A program made the position numbers and the translations under genes. From Candidatus Undinarchaeales archaeon (GTDB taxonomy: Archaea; SpSt-1190; JASMDC01), in assembly GCA_030753015.1 (NCBI GenBank), contig JASMDC010000002.1, positions 64,001 to 128,000 of the forward strand: 64,000 nt of DNA. The letters are read 5' to 3'. This document shows, in pieces, positions 43,050 through 52,765 of the stretch. The notes below the pieces were generated by a model, which did not search any database, was not told the origin of the DNA, and saw nothing but the letters and a program-made list of their open reading frames with translations. Numbering within the stretch: position 1 is the stretch's first letter; the number at the start of each line of letters is the position of its first letter.

Positions 43050-43841
43050 CTACCCCTCGCGCACGAACAGCGTCCCCTTGCCCTTCTCTGTCACATCACC
43101 CGAGTACCGTGCGAAGGGGCCGGAGAGTCGTTCACCCGCGATATCAACGTCATCCACGGCACCGTCGGGCACGAAGGAGGGAAGCACGTGAACGGGGCCA
43201 AGGATGACGATTAGCCCTCCCCGCATCTCGCCTCCGACGCGGCGGGGGCAGGCGCGGGCCACGATCTCCCCTTTCTGCATATGGACGCCGAGAAAGAATC
43301 CGGTCGTTCCCCTGACGATGAGCGTGCCACCGGCCATCCATGCACCTGCCTCGACACCGCAGTCGCCGGCGACCTCGATGCGACCTCCGGTCATGCCCGT
43401 CCAGTCACCGGGTGGAGCTGCGCCCAGATGGTGCCCTGCAGAGCCCTGGATCACCAGCTCGCCGCCCTTCATGGCCATACCGGCCCAGTCCCCGCAGTCC
43501 CCCTCAACCTCCAGGCGCCCGCCCGACATACTGCTGCCGGTGTGCATCCCTGCAGTACCCCTGACCACCAGCTCACCGCCGGTCATCCCCTGGCCTAACC
43601 GCTTGGTACGTGCCACATCGCCCTCGATGACGATGCGTGTACGCCCGGCGATGGAGCCCGCGCGTCCTTCCACCTCGAAGTGGTCGCCTAGCGCGACCTT
43701 GCGGTTGCCCCGCCAGATGGGGAGCTCTGAGATGCGGTCACTCGCCTTTCCAGCGAAGATGTCAGGACAGATGCTCTCTGCCTCGAGCCCGACGGCGGGC
43801 TGGTCGATCGGTCTGAGCACGACCTTGCGTACGGTCAGCAA
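43050..43841 (-). CDS. fwdC: Formylmethanofuran dehydrogenase subunit C
   Basis: Repeated G..M.GG.I.V.G beta-helix, LEAESICPD and YSGDV.EKGKG. Confidence 0.92.
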   Translation of the reverse strand: MLTVRKVVLRPIDQPAVGLEAESICPDIFAGKASDRISELPIWRGNRKVALGDHFEVEGRAGSIAGRTRIVIEGDVARTKRLGQGMTGGELVVRGTAGMHTGSSMSGGRLEVEGDCGDWAGMAMKGGELVIQGSAGHHLGAAPPGDWTGMTGGRIEVAGDCGVEAGAWMAGGTLIVRGTTGFFLGVHMQKGEIVARACPRRVGGEMRGGLIVILGPVHVLPSFVPDGAVDDVDIAGERLSGPFARYSGDVTEKGKGTLFVREG

Positions 43842-45502
43842 CAGGGCACCTCCCGGGGACGGGGCAGATAGTCATCCTGCACCGCATAGTTCGCCTCGGT
43901 AATCGTGTTGTGGTCCCTGAAGAAGGCCGCCCGGTCCTCGCGGACGGCGTCATCATCGTACCGTGGGCGTGTGAAGAGCGTGGACCCTGCAGCCGTCGTC
44001 ACGACACGACCGTCCCGCACCACGACCTCGCCACCCTTGACGGTGAGGAACGCCCGGGTCAATCCCTGGCAGAGCTTCTTCGGGTCGTCGACGTAATCGG
44101 GCAGGATGTCGTACACCGCAATGTCCGCGTCCATGCCGGGGCCGAGCCCTCCCTTGGTGCCGAGCCCGAGCCTCTTTGCTGTGCCGGCCCGGGTGACGAT
44201 GGCCAGCTCGGACAGCGAGTACTCACGGTCCAGTGATGGGAGAGTGGTCGCCGAGGAGGCCCGTTCGTGGACGTCGTCCAGGGCCTGCTCCCGTGCCTTC
44301 CGACTCGCAAGCAGTGTCATGATCTCCGGATATCGCGTAAACGGGCAGCCGTTGGGAGCATCGGTTGTGAGGAACACGCGCCAGGGATCATCGATGAGGA
44401 GGGCGAGCTCGAGGCCGGCCGCCCACTGGACGGCGTTCACCCCACTGGTCGACCGATAGACGTAGGGGATGATGCCGCCCCCAGTCTCCCGCTCCACGTC
44501 GGCGTTCACCCACTTGAGGTGATTGATGCGTCCCAGGTGCCATTCGGCGGGGCCGTCGGCGGTGAGCGTGGTTGTATCTCCGAACATCACTTGTCCGAGG
44601 TCCGTGGTGAGCCCGGGGTGGCGTGAAAGCTCGCGAGCCACCTCCTCCGCCCGGGAGGAGAAGTCCTTCCATGATCCACCGCCATAGGTGTGGAACTGGA
44701 GATGTGTGACATGTGCCTGTCCGTTCCGCCCCAGGAGACGGAGGGATTCTATGGTTATGTCCGCGTTCCCGGGGATCCCCAGGTTGTTGAGGTGGACATG
44801 GACGGGGTGGGGCAGTTTGAGAGCAGCGGCCGCGTTCTGGAGGTTCGTCAGGACCTCTGCAGCGGTAACGTCGAAATGTGGTGTCGGCTCGTCAAGGGCG
44901 TTGACGTTCTTGGCCCACTCCCAGGCGGCGTTCCCTGCCGGGTTGACGACTTTCAGCCCGAGCGCCCGCGTTGCGTGGATGAGCCAGGCGCACCAGGGCG
45001 CCACGAGCTCCTCCTGGCCGTCCCTGATGTAGCCGAGCAAGCGGTGGTTGTTGCCCGCCAGCACCAGTGCTCCGGTATCTAGCAATGGTGTGTCGGCCAG
45101 CTCCTCATGTGTGTGGCGGCCCTTGAGCGGGGCCATGGCGGGCTCGATGACTGTGGTGTACCCCATCTCGGCGTACAGGGCGCCGGTGAGCCGTGTGGAC
45201 GGGACCGTGAGCCCCGAGCCGGCTCCCATACCGGCGACAGGATCCCGACCGCGAACCAATCGTGAGGAATCCTCGGGGCGCAGACACCTGGCCCGGTTGA
45301 CCTTCGAGCCGGCGATATGTGAATGGATGTCCACTCCGCCTGCCATGGTGACCCGACCTCCCGCGTCCAGCTCCACAGCATCGCGTCCCTTGACGTCATC
45401 GATCATCCGGCCGTCGCGACTGCATAGGTCCATGACCTCGCCATCGATCCCTGCCAGCGGATCGTACACGCAGGCGTTGCGGATGATGAGGATCCGGGCC
45501 AC
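43835..45502 (-). CDS. fwdA: Formylmethanofuran dehydrogenase subunit A (amidohydrolase)
   Basis: VYDP..GIDGE, DIHSHIAG.KVN, KVVNP, HPVHVH.NNLG.PGN, THLQFH and TTDAPNG. Confidence 0.95.
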   Translation of the reverse strand: MARILIIRNACVYDPLAGIDGEVMDLCSRDGRMIDDVKGRDAVELDAGGRVTMAGGVDIHSHIAGSKVNRARCLRPEDSSRLVRGRDPVAGMGAGSGLTVPSTRLTGALYAEMGYTTVIEPAMAPLKGRHTHEELADTPLLDTGALVLAGNNHRLLGYIRDGQEELVAPWCAWLIHATRALGLKVVNPAGNAAWEWAKNVNALDEPTPHFDVTAAEVLTNLQNAAAALKLPHPVHVHLNNLGIPGNADITIESLRLLGRNGQAHVTHLQFHTYGGGSWKDFSSRAEEVARELSRHPGLTTDLGQVMFGDTTTLTADGPAEWHLGRINHLKWVNADVERETGGGIIPYVYRSTSGVNAVQWAAGLELALLIDDPWRVFLTTDAPNGCPFTRYPEIMTLLASRKAREQALDDVHERASSATTLPSLDREYSLSELAIVTRAGTAKRLGLGTKGGLGPGMDADIAVYDILPDYVDDPKKLCQGLTRAFLTVKGGEVVVRDGRVVTTAAGSTLFTRPRYDDDAVREDRAAFFRDHNTITEANYAVQDDYLPRPREVPCC

Positions 45503-45547
45503 GACCGGGGGCTGCCGTGCAATCTTTAAAAAACGCGCGGCCGGCGG

Positions 45548-47113
45548 TCACTCCATCTCGATGGTGGCCGGAGGCTTGTCCGTGATGTCGTAGAACACGC
45601 GGTTGACCCCCTTGACCTCGTTGACTATACGTGCGGCCATGGCCCGCAGGACATCCCAGTCGAAGGGATAGACGTTGGCCGTCATGGCATCGATGCTCTG
45701 GACGCACCGGATAGCGATGGCCTCATTATAAGTGCGGGCGTCGCCCATGACCCCTACCGTGCGTACAGGCAAGAGCGCGGGGAAGTACTGCCACAGCTCC
45801 TTTGTGATTCCCGCGGCCGCGACCTCTTCGCGCACGATGCGATCGGCGAGGCGAAGGGTATCGAGTCGCTCCCTGGTGACCTTGCCCAGGCAACGTACTG
45901 CCAGACCCGGTCCGGGGAATGGCTGGCGGTCCACCAGCTCGCGGGGAAGGCCGAGTGTGGCACCGATGGCACGGACCTCGTCCTTGTAGAGCTCGGCCAG
46001 TGGCTCGATTAGAGAGAACCGCATCCCCTCGGGGAGGGCCACGTTATGGTGGGACTTTATCTTGGCCGAGTGCTTGGAAGTGGATGCGCTCTCCACCCGG
46101 TCAGGGTAGATCGTGCCCTGGGCCAGGAACTCGATACGGCCCACTTTCTTGTCCAGGATCTTGGCCTTCTCCTCGAATACATCGATGAATGTGTGACCGA
46201 TGATGCGGCGCTTCTCCTCCGGATCGGTGACGCCCTTGAGCGCCGTCAGGAAGCGTTCCGAGGCATCGACGATATGGAGGTTCTTGACTGGCACGTTCTT
46301 GGAGAAGATATCCTCGACGAATGGCCGGTCGTTGTCCCGCAGGAGCCCGTTGTCCACGAACACGCAATGGAGGGAGCTCCCAATGGCCTTGTGGAGGAGT
46401 GCCGCGACGACGGAGGAGTCCACACCTCCGCTAAGGCCCAGGAGCACACGCTTCTTCCCGACCTCCTTCTTAATGCGTGCGACCGTCTCTTCAACGAACG
46501 GAGCCATCGACCAGGTGCGAGCAGCTCCCGTTATGTCGAGGAAGTTCCCGAGGACCTTGCGCCCACAGGGGGTGTGCGCGACCTCGGGGTGGAACTGGAT
46601 ACCGTACACATGGGAGTCCTCGCTACCGAAGGCGGCGACCGGACATGTGCTCGTGGTGCCGAGCACCTCGTACCCCTCCGGCGGATCCTTAACAAGGTCG
46701 CCGTGGGACATCCACACCGTCTCTTCCTCCCATAGCCCTTCGAAGAGACCCGTGCGTCGCCGCGGGTAGAACGTGGCACGTCCGTACTCTCGCTCCTTTC
46801 CGGACTCGACGGTCCCGCCGAGCATCTTGGCCAGGAGCTGGTGACCGTAGCAGATGCCGAGCATGGGAATGCCCTCTTCCAGGGCGTACGAGAGTACCGC
46901 CTTGGGGAGTTTGGGCGCACCCTTCTCGTACACCGACGAGGGTCCGCCGGAGAGCACGATCCCCTTGATGGGAAGCTCCTTGAGCCGTTTGACCTTCACG
47001 GTGTAGGGGAGGATGAACGAGTAGACCCCCAGCTCCCGGAGACGTCGGGCGATGAGATGACAGTACTGCCCGCCGAAATCAAGTACGACCACTACCTCGT
47101 CCTTGGTTGCCAC
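45548..47113 (-). CDS. guaA: GMP synthase (glutamine-hydrolysing), single-chain
   Basis: LDFGGQY, LGICYG, QFHPEV, LSGGVDSSV, IKSHHNV, PFPGPGL and KPPATIE. Confidence 0.97.
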   Translation of the reverse strand: MATKDEVVVVLDFGGQYCHLIARRLRELGVYSFILPYTVKVKRLKELPIKGIVLSGGPSSVYEKGAPKLPKAVLSYALEEGIPMLGICYGHQLLAKMLGGTVESGKEREYGRATFYPRRRTGLFEGLWEEETVWMSHGDLVKDPPEGYEVLGTTSTCPVAAFGSEDSHVYGIQFHPEVAHTPCGRKVLGNFLDITGAARTWSMAPFVEETVARIKKEVGKKRVLLGLSGGVDSSVVAALLHKAIGSSLHCVFVDNGLLRDNDRPFVEDIFSKNVPVKNLHIVDASERFLTALKGVTDPEEKRRIIGHTFIDVFEEKAKILDKKVGRIEFLAQGTIYPDRVESASTSKHSAKIKSHHNVALPEGMRFSLIEPLAELYKDEVRAIGATLGLPRELVDRQPFPGPGLAVRCLGKVTRERLDTLRLADRIVREEVAAAGITKELWQYFPALLPVRTVGVMGDARTYNEAIAIRCVQSIDAMTANVYPFDWDVLRAMAARIVNEVKGVNRVFYDITDKPPATIEME

Positions 47114-47196
47114 CAGAGATGGTGCGGACGACAGGTTTTAACTCTTTTTTGTTTTGGCGGGAAATCCCTCCACTTGGAGAGGGGTACTTGACAACA

Positions 47197-48012
47197 CTAT
47201 TGCTCGGTCGTGCGGACCTTGCCGAGCCAAGCGACCAGTCGCTGGGCAAGCGCGGTCCGGACCTCGGAGAAGTTATGGTCGCCACCGAGCACGGCGTGGG
47301 ACAGATGGCGGGCTCCCGCCCGCTCGAACTCGTCCACGAGAGGCTGGAGATGGACATCGGGAGGGGCGACCGTATCTCGGTTCCCTCCCAACAGGAGCAC
47401 TCGTCTGTCCTTCAGCGCTGGTACCGTACGGGCAAGCTGCCAATCGGCCGCTAGAGATGCAGCCTCGTCAACCAATGCCGCTGCTGATGTCCCTGTGAGG
47501 GGGGCCATGCTCGCCTCTCCGAAGGAAGCAATGGCGTCTTCACGTGCCTCAGTATCGCCCGTGTGCGAGAGCGCGACCGCCCCGAAGTCGAATCCCGCGA
47601 TGGACGCTGCGCCGAGGACGGCGGGATCACGCGCAGCGGCGTGGAGGGCAACGAATCCTCCAAGGCTGGCCCCGGCCAGCACTATACGTTCGCTGTCCAC
47701 CCTGAGCTCGCGTGATTCAGGCCCCCGTAGGAACGCCAGTGCCGAACCTGCGTCCTCGATACAGTTCGCGATGGAGAACGTGCCCTCACAACCCCAGCAT
47801 CCCCTGTAGGAGAACACGAGGACGTTCCATCCGGCCCGACGGACCTCATGCGCCAGGTCCCCGTTGCGTTCGTACCCGGGGAGCCCGTGGAGGAGGACGA
47901 GCGTCGGATGTGGGCCGGCACCCTCGGCCATCAGGATGGACCCGATGAGCCGGTCGCCATGGCTGGGGAAGAGCACAGCAGACATGGCAGGGGGATGCTC
48001 CAACGTGGTCAT
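47197..48012 (-). CDS. Alpha/beta hydrolase
   Basis: LHGLPG, GASLGG nucleophile elbow, RDTV and DHNF. Confidence 0.88.
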   Translation of the reverse strand: MTTLEHPPAMSAVLFPSHGDRLIGSILMAEGAGPHPTLVLLHGLPGYERNGDLAHEVRRAGWNVLVFSYRGCWGCEGTFSIANCIEDAGSALAFLRGPESRELRVDSERIVLAGASLGGFVALHAAARDPAVLGAASIAGFDFGAVALSHTGDTEAREDAIASFGEASMAPLTGTSAAALVDEAASLAADWQLARTVPALKDRRVLLLGGNRDTVAPPDVHLQPLVDEFERAGARHLSHAVLGGDHNFSEVRTALAQRLVAWLGKVRTTEQ

Positions 48013-48029
48013 GTTCTCACCGTCAAAGG

Positions 48030-48362
48030 CTACATCATCCCTGCTTCTTCCTTTCGGTTAGCGTACGCCTCGATACCGTCCTTGCGGATCATCTCAAGAC
48101 TGCCGACGCGGTCCGAGCGGAAGAGGAACCCGAAGATCTTGGAGATAATATTGTTCAGTTTCTCGCACTCGTTGAGGTCGTCGTAGTCGCTGCACTCAGC
48201 GCACGTGGCGATCTCCTTTAGGATGCAGCACTTACGCACGTCGCACCAGCTGTTCCCCTCACCTTCCTTGCACGAAGGACATCTGCCTCGAGTGTGGGAT
48301 CCGCAAGCGCCGCAGTAGAGACCGCAGTAGGCGACCAGTTCCACGGGTGTCTTGTCGGTCAT
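48030..48362 (-). CDS. Cys-rich DUF3795-like protein
   Basis: AYCGLYCGAC...CPSC...CDVRKCC...TCAEC. Confidence 0.85.
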   Translation of the reverse strand: MTDKTPVELVAYCGLYCGACGSHTRGRCPSCKEGEGNSWCDVRKCCILKEIATCAECSDYDDLNECEKLNNIISKIFGFLFRSDRVGSLEMIRKDGIEAYANRKEEAGMM

Positions 48363-48385
48363 GGGATGAGGGGTAGATTCAAGAG

Positions 48386-49060
48386 TTATAAAGCCTGCCA
48401 CTCGTCGTGGGGCACGGCCTTCCCTCCTGCCTGGATTGCCTCGTTCTGAGGGGGCACCACCGGCACCGCTGTCCCAGCAGGTGGCGTGGGATCCTCAGGA
48501 CCGGCATACCCCTCCGGTGGCCACCGCCATCGCCTGACGGACATCCCCGTGCTGACCACTACGTACCCGGCCAGGCCCACCACCGCGCAGACGACGTAGA
48601 GGGGTGCGAGCACGAACATGAGCACGACGATCCCCCCGAGCTGTTGCTTGGGAGTGGCGGGCTCGGGATTGAACAGGGCGATGGTCCCCCATACCACCAT
48701 GAAATGGAGGAGGACGGCGAACACGGCGATGCCCACGGGGAAGGAGAGGACAAGAGCGGCGCCGTTGTTTTCGGTCCGCTCATAGAGCCACCGGTTCGTC
48801 CATACCGCTACCAGGATGGGGATGACGATGACGTGCAAGGGGGTGACAGCGGCGATGGTCGCCACTATGAAGGCGATGGACGCGTCCCGTACACTTCCCT
48901 TTGAGCTATAGTTGAGGAACGCGACGAATGCACCGACGGCGAGGCTGATGGTGACAAGAGGGTGTGGCCCTAGCGTGGCCAGGGTGGCGAGGATATAGTT
49001 ATCAGCGATGTTGACGGGTGGTCCTTCAAGGCTTTTCAAGGTTTGTTGTGGATGGTCCAA
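48386..49060 (-). CDS. Hypothetical multi-pass membrane protein
   Basis: About 5 hydrophobic helices; start uncertain. Confidence 0.6.
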   Translation of the reverse strand: MDHPQQTLKSLEGPPVNIADNYILATLATLGPHPLVTISLAVGAFVAFLNYSSKGSVRDASIAFIVATIAAVTPLHVIVIPILVAVWTNRWLYERTENNGAALVLSFPVGIAVFAVLLHFMVVWGTIALFNPEPATPKQQLGGIVVLMFVLAPLYVVCAVVGLAGYVVVSTGMSVRRWRWPPEGYAGPEDPTPPAGTAVPVVPPQNEAIQAGGKAVPHDEWQAL

Positions 49061-49145
49061 GGCATCATGAATATTGTTACTACTGAAAAGTAGTAAACTT
49101 TATATATCACGGACACCATATACATGGGTAATAATAGGTGAGAGC

Positions 49146-50204
49146 TTGGAGGGCAACGTTGGACCCTACCAGCTCGACACATATCACAACGTATCCCTCT
49201 CGACCTACACTGCACCACGCGCCGATCCTGAACTACGAAGGACCACCGGTCCTGATGGTAGCCCAAACCACAGCTGGTACCCGGGTCCCAAGTACAGCGA
49301 CGATGCATGCGTGGTGGACCCTGAGACCGAGATGGTCTACGAGCTCAAGCTGGACAAGGATAAGGAGGGTGTCGAGCGTCTGCTGAACGGGATGATCCTC
49401 TACGAGGACGCACGCTCGGGAAGACGCGAGGAGCTGACGCTCCGTAACTACCTCGGAGAAAAGGGCGTGGACAACCTCCTACCCTTCCTCGGCTACGGCT
49501 CGAACCGGAACCCGGCACAGATGGTCGACAAGTTCTCGGAGAAGAGCTTTTCAAAGTACGAGGAGCTGTTCGATATCAAGTTGACACCTGACGAGCATCG
49601 GGCAGCACAGGATCCCATCGTCATGGTAAAGGGAAAGGGCCCTGGGAACGTTGTGTACATCAACCGTGTATCCCATAACTACCAGCAGCCGTTCGCTCTC
49701 TACGTCCCTCCTTCAAAGGAGACCGCGGGAGAGGCAGAGGCATGGGTGACCTTCATCACCGATCGTCAGGTCCGACCTCTGCACGCGTCAGAGAACCTGT
49801 ACAATCCTGATAGTCACTACGACCTCGTCAAGATGGCGGTGGAGACTCCCGTTGGTAAAATGGAAGCCCTCGCCTATGGCCAGGTGGGCACAACCCACGT
49901 GCTCACGAACGACAAGGGAGAGCCAGTTCGCCTGAGCGCCATCGACTCTTACGGCTCGACTATCACCGATGAGCGGGAGACACCAGAGGTCATTGACATG
50001 ATCCGGGGCTGGGTCAACAAGGACCTCGGGACGAGCTACTCGACCATCGAGGAGTTCCAGAACGACTTCGAGAAGGACAAGGATTTCGCCAACCGGGTGA
50101 ACGCCTACATCGCCAAGAAGCACTCCCGTGACATCGAGATCGCAGATGCGTTCGAGAAGGTCGAGGATCCCGGAGCCCTTTCCGCCTGGAGCATTGCGCG
50201 CTGA
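49146..50204 (+). CDS. Hypothetical protein with gamma-glutamylcyclotransferase-like motif
   Basis: FLGYGSNRNPAQM and LHASE; GGTGA RBS before TTG and TATA TTTATATA at about 49099. Confidence 0.6.
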   Translation: MEGNVGPYQLDTYHNVSLSTYTAPRADPELRRTTGPDGSPNHSWYPGPKYSDDACVVDPETEMVYELKLDKDKEGVERLLNGMILYEDARSGRREELTLRNYLGEKGVDNLLPFLGYGSNRNPAQMVDKFSEKSFSKYEELFDIKLTPDEHRAAQDPIVMVKGKGPGNVVYINRVSHNYQQPFALYVPPSKETAGEAEAWVTFITDRQVRPLHASENLYNPDSHYDLVKMAVETPVGKMEALAYGQVGTTHVLTNDKGEPVRLSAIDSYGSTITDERETPEVIDMIRGWVNKDLGTSYSTIEEFQNDFEKDKDFANRVNAYIAKKHSRDIEIADAFEKVEDPGALSAWSIAR

Positions 50205-50254
50205 GCTACTCCCAGGGGCAACCATTATAAGCTGTCCATGTCCTAGGCACCGCC

Positions 50255-50917
50255 ATGGCCGAGCTCCTGATGAAGGACACTCGTGAGCGTATCCGATGCG
50301 GTAAGATCGTGGCCCTGGCGCGCACGTACCGCAAGCATGCCGAGGAGATGCATGCAGAGCTCCCGCCGGACCCAGTGCTCTTCCTCAAGCCCGCATCCGC
50401 GGTCATCCACGACGGTGGCACGGTCGTGCTCCCAACCCGATCGCAAGATGTTCATCACGAGGTCGAGCTCGGGATCGTCATCGGTGACAGATGCAGCCAT
50501 ATCCCCGAGGAAGGTGCCCTGGACCACGTGCTCGGGTACCTGCTCGGTCTGGACCTCACCGCCCGCGACGTGCAGGCCGAGGCGAAGAAGAAGGGCCTGC
50601 CATGGTCCATCGCCAAGGGATTCGACACCTTCGCACCTCTCAGTCCCATAATCCCCCAGGACGCTGTTCCCGATCCACACGACCTCGACCTTGAGCTACG
50701 GGTGAACGGTCAGGTGCGCCAGAGCTCGAACACGCGCAACATGGTCCATTCGGTGGCGCGGATCATCTCCTTCGTCTCTGACATAATGACGCTGGAGCGA
50801 GGCGATGTCATTCTCACCGGCACCCCCGAAGGCGTCGGGCCCGTAGTCGACGGCGACGTGCTCGAGGCCTCCCTGGGAGACCTCCTTACCATCAAAGTGG
50901 ACGCCAAGCGTTCCTAG
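50255..50917 (+). CDS. Fumarylacetoacetate hydrolase family protein
   Basis: FLKP, HHEVEL, DLTARD.Q, AKGFDTF and GDVILTGTPEGVG. Confidence 0.93.
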   Translation: MAELLMKDTRERIRCGKIVALARTYRKHAEEMHAELPPDPVLFLKPASAVIHDGGTVVLPTRSQDVHHEVELGIVIGDRCSHIPEEGALDHVLGYLLGLDLTARDVQAEAKKKGLPWSIAKGFDTFAPLSPIIPQDAVPDPHDLDLELRVNGQVRQSSNTRNMVHSVARIISFVSDIMTLERGDVILTGTPEGVGPVVDGDVLEASLGDLLTIKVDAKRS

Positions 50918-52017
50918 AAGTATTCATCGTAGCCCTTGATACCCAGCTCGTCACGCACGGTGGCGAGATCCTTGAGAAGATTGGAATTGGCCGGGATGCC
51001 CTCCTGTCGGATGCGCTGCTCGTTTTCTCGTTCCTTCTCCCCCGCCACATAGATGCGGTCCTGGCCCGGTGCCTTGCGCGAGCACTGTAGCGCGCGCATG
51101 ATGGCGCCGGTCGTGCGCTCGAACTCCTCCAGAGGGAGGAAGTGCTCCACATCGATGGCCAGGAAGAAGTGGCCTAGCCGGAAGTGAGCGGGCGAACCGT
51201 CCTCAGCGAATCCTGAGAGGTCCTTGAGGAACACACCGTTGCAGAACGATGCGGAGAGCACCTCCACCATGGCCGCAAGACCGTAGCCTTTGTGGCCCCC
51301 GTGCTCCTCACCGGCACCACCGATGGCCAGGGCTGCTGCGTTGCCCTTGACCATCTCGCTGAGGATGATGTCGGGGTCCGTAAGACATTCACCCCGAGGA
51401 TCGACGATCGTCCCATCGGGCAGCGGCTTCTCCTCGCGAGCGGCGCACTCAACCTTTCCCCGCTGGATGATGGCGGTCGCCCCGTCGAAGCAGAAGGGGA
51501 AGCCCTGGTCCGAGGGTGCGGCGAACGCGATGGGATTCGTGCCCATCATGGGCTCGGTGCCGAAGGTGGGCGGGATGGAGGGCCTTGCGTTGGTGAAACA
51601 GAAGCCCACCATGCCCTCGGCAGCCGCCATGAGCGGGTAGTACCCGGCGATCCCGAAGTGGGTACCGTTGCGCACCGCGACCGCACCTGTGCCGTACCGC
51701 TTCGCCTTGTCCATGGCCATGCGCATGGCACGATTGGCGATTGGGTGGCCCATACCATGGTGCCCGTCGATCAGTGCCGTGGTCTCCGTCTCCTTCACGA
51801 TCTCGAACTCGGTGGTGGGCAGGTGCCGGCCCGAGACGATCCGGTCGTAGTAGTACTTCAGCCGTCCCACGCCATGGGACTCGATGCCCCGCAGATCGCT
51901 GGAGATGAGGACGTCGGTCGAGATCCGAGCATCCTCCTCCGGAACACCAAGAGCGATGAAGACGTCCGTCATGAAGCGTTCGACCACGTCGGTAGGAAGA
52001 TACGAGCGTTCTGCCAT
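50914..52017 (-). CDS. Ldh_2 family (malate/L-lactate/sulfolactate) oxidoreductase
   Basis: RGIESHGV, THFGIAGYY, GTNPIAFA and GGHKGYGL. Confidence 0.92.
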   Translation of the reverse strand: MAERSYLPTDVVERFMTDVFIALGVPEEDARISTDVLISSDLRGIESHGVGRLKYYYDRIVSGRHLPTTEFEIVKETETTALIDGHHGMGHPIANRAMRMAMDKAKRYGTGAVAVRNGTHFGIAGYYPLMAAAEGMVGFCFTNARPSIPPTFGTEPMMGTNPIAFAAPSDQGFPFCFDGATAIIQRGKVECAAREEKPLPDGTIVDPRGECLTDPDIILSEMVKGNAAALAIGGAGEEHGGHKGYGLAAMVEVLSASFCNGVFLKDLSGFAEDGSPAHFRLGHFFLAIDVEHFLPLEEFERTTGAIMRALQCSRKAPGQDRIYVAGEKERENEQRIRQEGIPANSNLLKDLATVRDELGIKGYDEYF

Positions 52018-52066
52018 AGGGTCGCTATGGGCCGCCTAGAGTTTTATTTGTTGTCCGGAGACGTTC

Positions 52067-52684
52067 TCACAGGTCCCGCAGGAACACGCGAGCAGGCGCA
52101 CCTTCGCCGTCCTTCACCTTCAGCGGGGCGCAGATGAGCTCGTACCTGCCGGGGCTCACGTGCGAGAGGTTCAAACCCTCGATAATGACTATCCCCGCAT
52201 TAAAGAGGGCCATGTGAGTGGGGTGATTCTGGCTGCCGGGAGGGTCCACGGAGAGGTAGTCCACACCCACCAGCTTTACCTTCTTCTCGGCAAGGAACCG
52301 GGCGGCCTCCTCGTCCAGGTACACGTAGTCCTCCCTGAATGATCGACCCAAAGAGCCCGCGTTCCCCGTACGGAACAGCACCCGCTCGACACCGTCCCAG
52401 TGATGGGTGGTCAGCTCCTCCCGGGTGATGCGCCGGGGGTGGGTGACCTCCACGACCACCGCAGGGCCAACGAGCACGTCGGGTGGAATGGCATCGATGG
52501 TCGAGCCTCCCTCTACCATATGGGCCAGTGCGTCGACATGGGTGCCCGTGTGGGCGCCTAGTTGTAGCTTGGAGAGGGCGCACCCTTCGGCGACGGTCGA
52601 CACGACCTCGCGCGTGAAGGGCGGATCGCCCGGGTAGATGGTCATGCCCTCACGCAGGCTCACGGTGATATCGTGGATCGCCAT
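52067..52684 (-). CDS. Cyclase family / kynurenine formamidase-like metallohydrolase
   Basis: YPGDP, HTGTHVDA..H, GVDYLS, IIEGL and EGAPAR. Confidence 0.92.
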   Translation of the reverse strand: MAIHDITVSLREGMTIYPGDPPFTREVVSTVAEGCALSKLQLGAHTGTHVDALAHMVEGGSTIDAIPPDVLVGPAVVVEVTHPRRITREELTTHHWDGVERVLFRTGNAGSLGRSFREDYVYLDEEAARFLAEKKVKLVGVDYLSVDPPGSQNHPTHMALFNAGIVIIEGLNLSHVSPGRYELICAPLKVKDGEGAPARVFLRDL

Positions 52685-52765
52685 GGTTCCCCTATCCCGC
52701 GCCCCCGACACGACCGGAGACTTTTATGTTTACTTGTTTGGTGTCAGCACATTCCAAGGTGGACA

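Noticed and set aside
43050-45502. Evidence of methanogenesis
   Set aside because: fwdA/C alone are not diagnostic; no mcr, mtr, ftr or fwdB in the window
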